From: Laetmonice hystrix
Taxonomy: Eukaryota
Direction: 5' to 3'
Assembly: GCA_965235115.1 (NCBI GenBank)
Contig: OZ249439.1
Coordinates: 20,894,001 to 20,958,000 of the forward strand
Length of the DNA: 64,000 bases
Part shown: positions 1 through 10,618 of the stretch, piece by piece
How positions within the stretch are numbered: position 1 is the stretch's first letter
Layout of the letters: every line of letters starts with the position of its first letter
Position numbers and translations under genes: made by a program
Notes under the pieces: model-generated
What the model was told of the DNA's origin: nothing
The model's database searches: none
What the model saw: the letters and a program-made list of their open reading frames with translations, nothing else

Positions 1-566
1 GCCCGAGTCATCGAGCTATACCTCCGATCACACACTGATTTCGGCTAATAATACGCCATCATTAGAACTACAGACCGTTGAATCTCAACCCCTCTATATG
101 AAACTGCCGACCCCGCCATTTCACCGCCAGGGCCTGTAGACGCGCTGTGATTGGCCTGTAGCCACGACCGGGTTGTGGGATGTTGGCTGACCAGAGCATG
201 CACATTCCCCAACTTCCAGTCCATGACCAACACACATTGCACAACTTTTGTTGCTGCGATTTATCTTTTGAATCGCACGCAAAACACGTGACTTACAACA
301 AATGATGTGCAATGTGCGCCTAGCTTGAATCTCCCAATTGTGTGGTGCGAGGCGACTCTACAGATCGGCCTATATAGGGCCTCGCATTTTTACCGCACTT
401 CAAGCTGTAAGCCTACGTTTAGAACCTTTCGAAAAAGTAGAGCTTACAAATGTTGTAAAGGACTGACATTGTTGCTGATTTGTTGTTGTTATCTTTTTCT
501 TTCAGACGTGAAACGCGGCTGCAATCTCTACCAATAGACATAGACAAGGTTAAGACTGTGGTTTTA

Positions 567-628
567 TGACGTCATCAAACGTGACTTTATTGCGGGAGAT
601 GCCGAAGGAAGGCCCTTCTGCATATAAA
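567..628 (+). promoter_or_regulatory. Possible proximal promoter of the DEG/ENaC gene (CRE palindrome plus TATA box)
   Basis: TGACGTCA at 567-574 and TATAAA at 623-628, about 50 bp before ATG 677. A strong acceptor (atctttttctttcag, ending 505) could instead make this region spliced 5' UTR. Confidence 0.3.
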
Positions 629-676
629 CGGTTTATTGGACAACTAATGATAGCCGGAAGTCACAAAACATAAGGA

Positions 677-2248
677 ATGAACATGCTACTCAGAGAAATT
701 AAGACGTTCGGACAATGCACGTCGATGAAGGGAGTCCCCCGTGTGGTCAAATCGGAGTCCCTGTTCCTGCGCGCCATCTGGGGGTGGGTTGTGGTAGTTT
801 TTCTGTGTGTATCCCTCTACCAATCATATCGGCTCGTCGACGATTACCTCAAATACAGCACAGTGACTCAAACCGTCGAAATGCTCATGGACCCTCTCAG
901 TGACGACTTCCGACAATCACTACCCGAGTTTAACATTTGTAACTTGAACCCACTGAGCAGTAACAGCTCCCGTTATCGAGGTGTACCGTCCCTGAACAGT
1001 TACTATGACCTGGCCAGGAACATCACCGCCTGTACGGGACCCTCGTGTGACGTGATCACCAGGAGGCAGTACGACATGATCCGTACAGACCTGCTGAGTC
1101 CATGGGGCTACTACCAGTATATAGGCAGACATAAAGCTGAGCAGGTTGGTCACCAGAAAGAAGATATGTTTGTATCCTGTCACATTATGGTGATGGATGG
1201 TTTACGGAAGCGGAAATACGAATGTGATGACCTGGTTCGGATCACACAGTTCCCGACGGCTCACTACTTCAACTGTTTTAACATGAAGGTCATCGGATCG
1301 AAGAAGGCAACCGGCTTTCTCGGCATCTCGTTAGTTCTATACCTAGACAACTTCCACGGAGACATCGATGACGAGTTTAATATCGCCAATGACATTGGAC
1401 ATACCACGGGAGTGATGTATCAGGTTAAAGATCGACTGGTCCCTCCTACCCTGCAGAGTGCGGGTATGCAGGCTCCGACAGGGTTTGTCAGTTCCGTCCG
1501 TATTTTACCTGAGAGACGAGAGCGTATGTCAGCACCGTACGGCTCATGTCGCCACTTGACCAAGGAGGACTATATATACTTACCAGGACATGACGTCTAC
1601 CTTAAACCGACTGTAGAGATTTGTGTCTCTCAGTGTCTGGAGATTAAAATTAAAGAGGAATGCAGTTGCGTTGATTTAAATCTGTATGTGATCCCGCTTA
1701 ATAACGAAACCACACCGCCACAGTATTGTGCTGATATTAAACAAGGGTTCACATTACTTTTTAATAGAACTACGTGTGCCCAAAGAATACGAGAACATAT
1801 GTTGGCTCATTGCCTGTCTGTTTGTCCGTTCACGTGTGAAGAGGTCACTTATCGCACCAGTGCAACACATACAAAATGGCCAAGTAGGTCCAGTCTTAGA
1901 TCTTTTTACAGAAACGTTTTACAAAACAAACCGTATCGAGAACGATTTGCAACTTTTGAGGACATTCCATCACATAATAACGGCACACTGGACGATCATC
2001 CACAAGGGAGACGGGCCTCTGAACTCGTAGCTGAGAACTTCCTCAAACTGTCCATATTCCTCCAAGATTTCCGGTTCGTTGCCATGCGAGATACAGAGAA
2101 GTTATCCTTGATGGCCCTGATATCACAACTAGGAGGAACCTTGAACCTGTGGTCAGGAATCACGGCAATATTTTTCGTGGAGGTTGGCGAGCTTGTGTTT
2201 CGCATCTGCATAAGTTGGGGAATGCGCCCAGGGACGGAGTGTCAATAA
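677..2248 (+). CDS. Single-exon DEG/ENaC superfamily cation channel subunit (FaNaC/peptide-gated-like), 523 aa
   Basis: TM1 (AIWGWVVVVFLCVSLYQSY) and post-TM1 ICNLNP. All 14 canonical ectodomain Cys are present (ICN, SCH, ECD, NCF, GSC, ICVSQC, ECSC, QYC, TTC, HCLSVCPFTC). Also APYGSC, KWPS, ENF and TM2 LGGTLNLWSGITAIFFVEVGEL. No stops or frameshifts. Confidence 0.95.
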   Translation: MNMLLREIKTFGQCTSMKGVPRVVKSESLFLRAIWGWVVVVFLCVSLYQSYRLVDDYLKYSTVTQTVEMLMDPLSDDFRQSLPEFNICNLNPLSSNSSRYRGVPSLNSYYDLARNITACTGPSCDVITRRQYDMIRTDLLSPWGYYQYIGRHKAEQVGHQKEDMFVSCHIMVMDGLRKRKYECDDLVRITQFPTAHYFNCFNMKVIGSKKATGFLGISLVLYLDNFHGDIDDEFNIANDIGHTTGVMYQVKDRLVPPTLQSAGMQAPTGFVSSVRILPERRERMSAPYGSCRHLTKEDYIYLPGHDVYLKPTVEICVSQCLEIKIKEECSCVDLNLYVIPLNNETTPPQYCADIKQGFTLLFNRTTCAQRIREHMLAHCLSVCPFTCEEVTYRTSATHTKWPSRSSLRSFYRNVLQNKPYRERFATFEDIPSHNNGTLDDHPQGRRASELVAENFLKLSIFLQDFRFVAMRDTEKLSLMALISQLGGTLNLWSGITAIFFVEVGELVFRICISWGMRPGTECQ

Positions 2249-2249
2249 A
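2244..2249 (+). terminator. Polyadenylation signal overlapping the channel stop codon
   Basis: CAA-TAA-AA contains AATAAA, with T-rich sequence downstream. Confidence 0.3.
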
Positions 2250-2662
2250 ATTGTCATGCGCGCAAACAATTTTTTAAAAGAGCTTGGCATTAAACCAATA
2301 TTTTTCAACAGCTCTCGTGTCTTTCATTTGTCTGTATGCGGGAATATCACCAAGTATCCACCCTAAAAAATTATTGGCCGACTGATTGGGGTAGGATTTT
2401 CCGAACTATTGAGAAGACTTCAAGGTTAACTACATGCAACTAATACCTTATATACCCCAGGTGTGTACTAAATAGACTTACTTAGACTACATAATGATTG
2501 TTACACTTTTTCTAATTAACGGTCGTCTGTCATATAGGCTACGGTCAATTAAATTTACTCGTGTCGATTCTGCATGAGACCAGAAGGACCTTGGTTATAA
2601 TGCTGACATCAAGACCTCCCTGTCCTATTAAAGTCCTTTATAAAAGTCTTTGCCGAGTAGTC

Positions 2663-3076
2663 TTAACTGGAATGAGCAGCTCCCGACGCGGACGTGCCCA
2701 GCTGGGGTCCTTCTCGGCTGTGTAGTCCGGTAACGCTCTCGTATTCTGGAGGTGGCATCTCGTCCCCGGATGTAAAGGGCGCCGACACAGTCTGCGTTCC
2801 CGCGTTCTGTAGTACTATGGAGTCGTACGATGGTGGCACGTCAATGACGTCACCGGTTTCAATGGTCAGAACTGGCAGATTCCTGAAGACGTCATACTCA
2901 ACCCGGCCAGAGTCAAGGGGGAATCCTGACTTCTCGGTGTCACATTTCCCTGGTGCGCGGGGTGCGGAAAAGATGGTCAGACATGTACTGCACCATCCTG
3001 ACGTCACCAAGGCGCAGACGACGCTTATGACGATGATAATGCAGACTGCAATCACGACGAGCAGCGGTCCCATCAT
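2663..3076 (-). CDS. Small single-pass membrane protein with two PY motifs (WBP1/VOPP1/TMEM92/PRRG-like architecture), 137 aa
   Basis: N-terminal hydrophobic helix LLVVIAVCIIIVISVVCALV, juxtamembrane Cys, cytoplasmic PPSYDSI and PPPEYESV. A polypyrimidine/AG acceptor (ttttgtttttgttttgaaag) lies 16 nt upstream of the ATG, at 3093-3094. Confidence 0.7.
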   Translation of the reverse strand: MMGPLLVVIAVCIIIVISVVCALVTSGWCSTCLTIFSAPRAPGKCDTEKSGFPLDSGRVEYDVFRNLPVLTIETGDVIDVPPSYDSIVLQNAGTQTVSAPFTSGDEMPPPEYESVTGLHSREGPQLGTSASGAAHSS

Positions 3077-3985
3077 GGCTCTAAGTGCGGCCCTTTCAAA
3101 ACAAAAACAAAAACGTTAAAAAAGTACAGACAGCACAAATCTATATCAACTGGGAAGTGACTTACACGACGTAACCGTCGGGTACCTACATAGGCCTAAT
3201 AACCAGGGGGCCTATATATATAATAATATATATAATATAGTGTCAATATTATAGGGCCGGGAAGCGTGAGACCTACTCAGGAAAGTCCGTCTTTTTTGGT
3301 AATGAGAACAAAGTCCCTAGTCAACACCAGAGGGAACACTGTCGAAATGCGGCAGCGCCTCCTGACGGGCATTTCGAGAACCCTGACTTAAATAGGAGGC
3401 TTGGCGCCTCTGTTGGTCTGCGGCCGACAAGGATTTCATACGAAACGCCAGATGGCAGGCAGTAGTTTGAATATTAAAACCAGACGGCAGCAGGAGGTTC
3501 CTCGTCACAAGAGTCGTGTCGATGGCAGTCAATGACATGGAATGACAACCAGAGCCGCCTCAGCAGTATTTCAGGGCAAGCTTATAATGATGACATGATA
3601 GGAGGAACCCACGGCACCGGGTCGAACCCCTTCTCTTTTCGATAGATGCCTTTCCACAAAGACATATCGGGACATGCCGCGCCTCGAACCCAGAACTTTT
3701 GCCTTTGGGTCAAAGGTGCTCATGTAGGCTAAAGTGGTATTATTTAGCGTTTAGGTTTCACAAAATGTCACATGGTAGATGTCACAAGACCGGTGTTCAA
3801 AAGGCAATCGCATAATCATTCAGAAATGGCGAATTCACGGAGGGTCCAGGGGATCCGGAGACCCCCTTTTGAACTACTTTTCTTTTCCTCCTAACCGTCA
3901 GCATGGCGTTCTACTCCAGGATATACCTACACCTGTAGATCTAGGCCCTAGGCCGATATAAAAATATTACAGAAAGTGTTCTTAC

Positions 3986-4172
3986 CTTTCTACGGATTAC
4001 TATGAGATTAGAACCGGTATGTGATGGACAACTGATGAAGGGGTTGCTGCACCGTCTGCTGTCCTGAGGCGTCCTGAAGACGATAGGGAGGAGACAGAAC
4101 ATATAAATAGTCTCCATGCTGCGTTCACACTTACATCGCTGAATGCGGGTAGTTCTGACACCGCTCACTCAT
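3986..4172 (-). other. Candidate 5' exons of the PY-motif gene separated by a 61-nt intron (4074-4134)
   Basis: On the minus strand: AT|gtaagt donor at 4134, ttctgtctcctccctatcgtcttcag acceptor at 4074, then AAG|gtaaga donor at 3985. Confidence 0.3.
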
Positions 4173-6921
4173 GTCGTACACGACAGGTTCAGCTTTAACA
4201 GTTCCAGTTCTGAAAGCTGACAATGATTATTGTTTCAGGTGGAGTCATTGTAGTAGCAACAAAGAATGTAGGCCTACATGCTGGCACTGCAATCGATTGA
4301 AAAGCTCTGTATTATTGAGTGGATACTGCTGTTAAAGGGAACCAATTAATATTAAATATGTTAGAAAAATTCCAACTATTTCCGATAGGCAAATTCGTCT
4401 CAGACCAGTTCCCAATCATGTGTGGTAGAATATCGCCTTGTAACCTGTCGTATACGTGTGTATGAAACCCCTTTTCGGTACATTATGTTTGGTTTCGGCT
4501 GCTCGCGGTCAGGAATGCCATCAAGCCGGGGTAAAACGCGACCGCATTTTTCACCGTCTAAGCGAAGAGTGCACGTTTGCTCTTCCAGTTTCTCTATTGT
4601 TAGAAGTAAATCGACACATAATGAGGTAGACCGTTTTAATATGATAGAGTTTCCTTTAACCTCCTTCCAAGATTATAATGGAGAGAATATTATGTTTGGG
4701 TTTTACCATGAACGTGTCTTATATCGGCATAGAGTCTATATAGCCCTCCTTCTTAAAATTACCAAAAAAATAACATAAAGTATTATTATAATTTCGGGAA
4801 AACTTCTTGAACAAAATGTTCTGCCCCCATTGTTGGAGAAACCAGAAAATCATTGTATAAAATGATAATACGTGGACGAGGACCTCCCCGAGTGTTCCCC
4901 GAGGTTGGGTATAGGATGGTCGAGGGGTGCATAGATGGCGCCATTTTCTGTTATGGCAATTAACTAGTATAACATGAGGTAGAAATCCAAGGTGATGACA
5001 TCATAATCACTTAACCAGCAGTTAGCCAGCAACAGTATAGACAGCAATAATAATTATTATGCATTTCAATGGATATCATAGGGGCATCTTATTCAAGGAA
5101 GATCTATGGGGGATCAGGCTGTGACTGATTAGTAAAGTACCAATTGCCCTTCATTGTAGGACGTTTTTTTCAGTTCATATTTAATGCATGTCGATCCAAA
5201 GCCACAAAAGATTCCCCTCTCTTATACACTCCCTCTACTCTGACCACCCCCTTCCCCCACCCCAAAGGAACCCTTGTAAAGATGCCTGTTTGTGCAATGG
5301 GTACCCTCTAGCGGTCCAACATTAGTGATTACAGAGGACCCATTAACATCACCTTTGTCTCCTGTGAGCACAAAGAAGCATTCTCGGCAGGACCGGCGTA
5401 GTTGTGACTGTAGTTAGGACAGAAAACTCCCACCCATATCCAGGACAGGAACGGACAAAAAAACAAGCCAAGGCCCCCTGAAACACCCTGCCGTGGTGCT
5501 AGCCACAATTTACACAAAGGTTAGCGATCATGCAGGGTTAGCAGTCATATCACACAACATCTACAAACAAATACCACTGTTACATGACGTTTGCTGTTCT
5601 GTCGGACAATGTTTTGATGATTATTATTTATATAAGCGCCTCGATGGTGAATAACGTGTTATTTTCAAAAGGTACGCATGCCAAAAGGTAGGCATGCCAG
5701 AGAACTGTATACTGATAGTGATACACTGTCCGGTGACTAAAGTAAGCTTATAGTGTGGAAGGTATTAATTGGGACTAAAACCACGGGTTCTTTTCTTTAC
5801 CTTTGTGTTATCATGTGGATTTAACCTTCCAGTTTTACAATACACCCCGCCCCCTCCCAATCTATTTAGGAGGTTGAAAGGATATCTAACAGGTATTCTC
5901 TCCAGTTATGTCGGTTGACTTCGATTTGACAATAGTGATTATGGGCAGTAAGTCCACTTCAAACTGACGTAACATGTATGGGCGCCGCTATACAGGTGTC
6001 CTTTTGAGGTATAGGTCTATTAGAGTTGAGCCTCAGCCTCTTCTGGTGTCAAAGAAATTGGAGTTGAGTCTCAGCCTATTGTGTGTTATCAAAGATTTTG
6101 ACCAAAATAGGCCTATCTATGGAAAATCGGATGGCATTGTTTGCATTACATTGTACACAAGTCCGATGTGCGAGTGCACTTTAGCATCTAGGGGGTATTC
6201 TAGTCTATATGCATGGAGCTGTGTTTTGCTATTTCTCCGGGCCTGTCTGTTATGGTGCAAGTTAGAGAAGGGAGCGGTTATGGAATATTTGAGTCATTGT
6301 CAGATTATAGATATTTGGTCGCAACCACACCCTGAATGTGTGGTTGCCAAATGTTAGATTACGACGCTTGTCTTCATCCACCCACGCCTTTAGACAGCGG
6401 GTCGAGTCGACCATTAATTATCTGGTCCCGGATACATTGAAATGGGCCCCACCCCCTACGCCGTACCACCTAGCTTGTTATCTGTTGGATGGATATAGAA
6501 CATACACAGTGGCGCGCAAGCTAATCTTTTATATATAACCATAATTATTATCTTTATAAACTGTAGGCCGTGGATAAGGACATTACATGCAAACCACGTA
6601 TCCTCATAAAATAATAAATCTTTTGTTTACGGGCTTAAATAGTCCCACGTCTCCAGAAACAGCAGGCCAGACCATCTCAAGCTGGGCTTGGAAACCTTCC
6701 GTCGTCTGCGCTTTTGTGACGCCTGGCGCCTGGAAACGACCCGTTCACCCCTCCTCGGAAATGGAACGGTCCAACGCACGTGTTGGCGGCTACATTCATA
6801 AAAGCTACCGGCGTTTGCGCTGATGATTCAGCTCCATCTGGACGTCGAAGAAAGCCACACATAGTATACCTGAGCGTCGCTTATCTTATGGTTAATCCAG
6901 AGTAGCATCATCAAGTTCAAT

Positions 6922-6951
6922 ATGACTTTCAAGACGGACTCTTTAACTACG
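6922..6951 (+). CDS. Candidate first coding exon (distal) of SLC6 copy A, MTFKTDSLTT
   Basis: ATG with A at -3, 10 codons, then CG|GTAAGT. Phase 0 matches the acceptor at 10428. Confidence 0.45.
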
Positions 6952-8402
6952 GTAAGTTTCCTTGTTTTCTACGATATGTTCATTACGACGAGAGCTAGAC
7001 AGAGGTGCTGTTCGGAATCGCACGCATACAAGTGAAAATAATTTCCCCTCATTTATTGTATAGAGGATCAAGTCTGCTGGATGAGAATGTATTTCAGCCA
7101 GGTTTATATAGTTTCCTCCCTGCGTGTCATGTAGTGTAATGCCTTATTTTGCGCCGTTCATTTTGCATAACGTTGTGCAATATGTAGATAGCCCCTACCT
7201 ATCGATTTTCGCCGTATAGTCAATGAAATGAAAGCGGATTTTCCATTTTCATCAGTTGTATCAAATACATAATAGAGATGTGCGTTTGCCGTGGATTCAG
7301 ATTAAATGAACGCTTGAAGTCATATAGTTGGTGGTTATTGAGTTACGATATCGTCGTCACGAATGATGCTGTATGTGCAGACAGAAGCTTGGCGCATGCG
7401 GACTGCCACACCTTTGAGGCTCTCACTGGCCTGACGCAATCTGATAAAAAAAAACAACTTGAGGCTACATCTACATAATTCTCTAAGTGACAGTAAATAA
7501 ACACCGACAATCTTTCATTACTTGGCCATAATTAACCCCAGGCTACAGTTGAGAAAATCTGATAATTATTTTCAACATTTTGCGAGACTGGGAACAGCAC
7601 CGGTTTCTTCCATGCGCGCTGCACGTGCTCGCAACGAGAGGAATTTTCCATGCTCTGTTGTGCTCGGGATTTCCAGGCATGGTCTTGAATCGATTATGCC
7701 CAACCTACAACGCAATTGGTTGATGTTTGTTCAGGTATGGTGTGACACTGTTCAGTGTTGGTGAAGCTGGCAGAATATGTCCATCTCCATCCTCTATTGA
7801 TTCCTCAGTCAGAGTTTATATGTCGGTAGATGACATTTTTAAGTGAAGGAGCAAATTCGGTTAATAAAATAAAAATAACAGAGAAATTAACAGGACTGTA
7901 CCCAATCGACTTGACGATTGGGTACGTTCATTCTATATTAATTTTTCATTTTATGTCATTTATGAAGGCTTTAGAAGTATATAGGCCCTCAGCATAGGCC
8001 AAGATGCCCGCCAAAGTTTTTCATTTTCGTTGTCAAGGTAATGAGGTCCTCTTTGACATCGTGATTTCACAAATAATATTTGTATATTATAATGTCATAT
8101 ATAGCTTCAGAGTACAAATGTAAAACACATACACAACTTGAACGCCTGTGTATGTAATTCTTATTGATGCGGACAGGATAGAGCTTTTGTTATTTGGGCT
8201 TTGATCATTGTGAGGCCATACACAAATATTGGCACGAAAACTTGGTGCCGTGTCGCCCTTTATTTTGCCAAATTGGCAAAGCCTGCCTCTCCAATTATCC
8301 AACTTCACCATTACTGAATACAGCATCCGCATTCCTGTGGCGCTATCTCTTTGAAGTATATCTCACCCACCCTGTATATGACACATCTACCTGGAGCAGA
8401 GA

Positions 8403-8493
8403 CCCCCCCCCCCTACTACCACCACCACACCGCCACCACCACCCCCACCGCCACCACCACCCCCACCCCCACCGCCACCACCACCCCCACCAC
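8403..8493. repeat. C-rich (CAC/CCC)n low-complexity tract, G-quadruplex-prone on the minus strand
   Basis: Runs such as ccaccaccacccccaccgccaccacc; these create spurious poly-His/Thr/Gly ORFs. Confidence 0.85.
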
Positions 8494-8644
8494 TATACGA
8501 GTTCAGACATGTGCACACGCACCTCGGCATTCCTGCATCTTCATCTTCTTCACCGTGAAGATTATATTCTACGGTCCGGTATATCGGAATATACCGGTAC
8601 ATCTGGTCCCAATGTCATTAAACGGCGACCTTTTATAAAGTAGC

Positions 8645-8676
8645 GGGGTGGGTTTGGGGGTTGGGGTTGGGGTTGG
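8645..8676 (+). repeat. (TTGGGG)n-like G-rich tract
   Basis: ggggtgggtttgggggttggggttggggttgg. Confidence 0.8.
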
Positions 8677-9194
8677 TCTCCCTGGCACCCACCTAGATCG
8701 TCGCCCGGTGTGGCATCACACGTCATTCTCGGCCATCTACTCGCCCACATTTCTAAACGCCCACACCATTGGCCGCCGCCCACCCGGTTTTGAGAGGGGT
8801 CTTTGGCCATCATGCAACAAAGCAAATCTTCAAAATAAATAGATGTAGATTGCTCTTGAATAGTTAAAACCGCATTTAAACTTCATAATGCATGACCTAA
8901 GATTTAATACACGTTGGTGCAATCATTTGTTTAAATTGATAATATGGATAATTCGGCTCTGGTTCGATGGGCATCAGTTCTTTACTTATGTCCTCCTCCT
9001 TGAAGCCACTCTACAGAAGGTGGGGCATTTGGGTTTCCTGGAAATGACGAGACAAAATAGTACAAATATAGTCTACAAAGGCGAGTATTCATGGGGATAT
9101 TGAGATGGCAGAGCCTGTCAAGAATATGCCTAGTTGCAATATCGGCTTTCCTAATCCGGAAGTATATAGATAATGTAATTCCTACATATACACA

Positions 9195-9285
9195 CGTACG
9201 GTGGCCTAGTGGGCATGGATGTCGACACCTTATGCTATGCGAATGGGTGCAGTAATCTTAGGGCCTGGGTTCGATTCCTGTAGAG
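9195..9285 (+). mobile_element. tRNA-derived SINE head or degenerate Pol III element
   Basis: A box TGGCCTAGTGG at 9202-9212 and B box GGTTCGATTCC at 9268-9278. Acceptor and T stems do not pair, so it is not a tRNA. Confidence 0.45.
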
Positions 9286-9717
9286 GACTATACAACTTTT
9301 CTCTTTAGGGACATTGTCAAAGTAATTGGGTTACCCCTGATGCCCGTGCATTTTCAAAAGAAAAATACAGTCAAAATAAAACATACATGTCTCCAGGCGG
9401 GTGTGCAGGATTTTCAGAAGGGGGGCAGGCAATTTATTAAAGTTAGAAGCTCTGAGACGCGATTTCCCGCCATTTAGGGGCCATTTTAGGGCATTATATT
9501 TTGTAAATTCATCGCTCAACGGGTTCAAAACGGCGGGAATGCTTCGCACTCTCCCGTTCGACGTTATTCCATTGAATCTATAACAGGGAAAACATCCATA
9601 CTCTGGAATTGCAGGGGGGGGGGAGAGGTCCGATGCAAAATAAATTCCGACTCGCGTGATATTAATAGACGGACGCAGGGTTTGGATTCCAAGTCAGCGT
9701 CTAAATTCGATCAAATT

Positions 9718-9726
9718 ATGAAACTT
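9718..9726 (+). CDS. Candidate alternative first coding exon (proximal) of SLC6 copy A, MKL
   Basis: ATG AAA CTT|GTAAGT, A at -3, phase 0, in frame with the exon at 10429. Confidence 0.3.
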
Positions 9727-10428
9727 GTAAGTAATAGATCGATATCTCTATTGGCGACGTCGAGTCGATGAGACTGGCAGGTGCTAAAACGGTTTATGAG
9801 GTTTACTGGATGCTATTTAGGAGTCGAACGAGACTATAGAACGAGGACCGCGTGAAAACAAGCAATATAAATGCAGCAGACGTAGATAAAACGTTGTTTC
9901 TGATTGGCCAACGTCCTACTGACGTCATGCGTCCAACACGTCTGGGTGAGCCATTGTGCGAGGTCCTTAGATTTCTAAACGTGTTTACCCACGCACGCCA
10001 TCACAGATGTTTGCTTCCTGTTGTCATTTATGAATACTGATGAACGACAACGTCAATTTATGCCCATAAATATGGCGGTATAGTCCAAAAATCCAGATTT
10101 TATTGTTGGCCTACATGTATTTAATATTCCTTTGGGCTTTTCTCCGCACACAAACATTATTGTATAAGGAAGAGACATGTAAACAATTTTCACTTTATTG
10201 AAATTTCAAAATTATTTTTCATTTCACAACTTTTATTATGATATAAGAATATGATAATTATGTATTCATTGAACGCAGTGCGGGGAGTCAAGGCAAACTA
10301 ATCGATGAACCCTTGGTCCATCACGGGAGAATGCTGTTAATGATGACGATAACAAATATAACAGACGGCGGCCAATATCATGAAACTGACCCTAGGTATA
10401 GAAATGATAATATTGTGTACTGTTGCAG

Positions 10429-10618
10429 GGAAAGGACAAGAGCATGGCCGTGGAGACGAGTTCCGTGTCGAGTCGGACGACGGGCAGTAGTAATGAGGAG
10501 AACACTGAACGTGGTAACTGGGTGGGCCGACTCGACTTCCTCCTGTCGTGTATAGGCTACGCTGTCGGTCTGGGCAACATCTGGCGCTTCCCCTACCTCT
10601 GCTACAGGAACGGAGGAG
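10429..10618 (+). CDS. SLC6 copy A exon (N-terminus, TM1)
   Basis: [37 protein letters not shown]; tgcag|, G|gtgag. Confidence 0.93.

Noticed and set aside
2694-3119. 141-aa plus-strand ORF
   Set aside because: Antisense shadow of the PY-motif gene, which has the TM helix, motifs and splice acceptor.
8194-8643. His/Pro-, Thr- and Gly-rich ORFs
   Set aside because: Low-complexity CAC tract read in different frames.
9195-9285. Functional tRNA gene
   Set aside because: Acceptor and T stems do not pair and the A-B spacing is too long; kept only as SINE-like.
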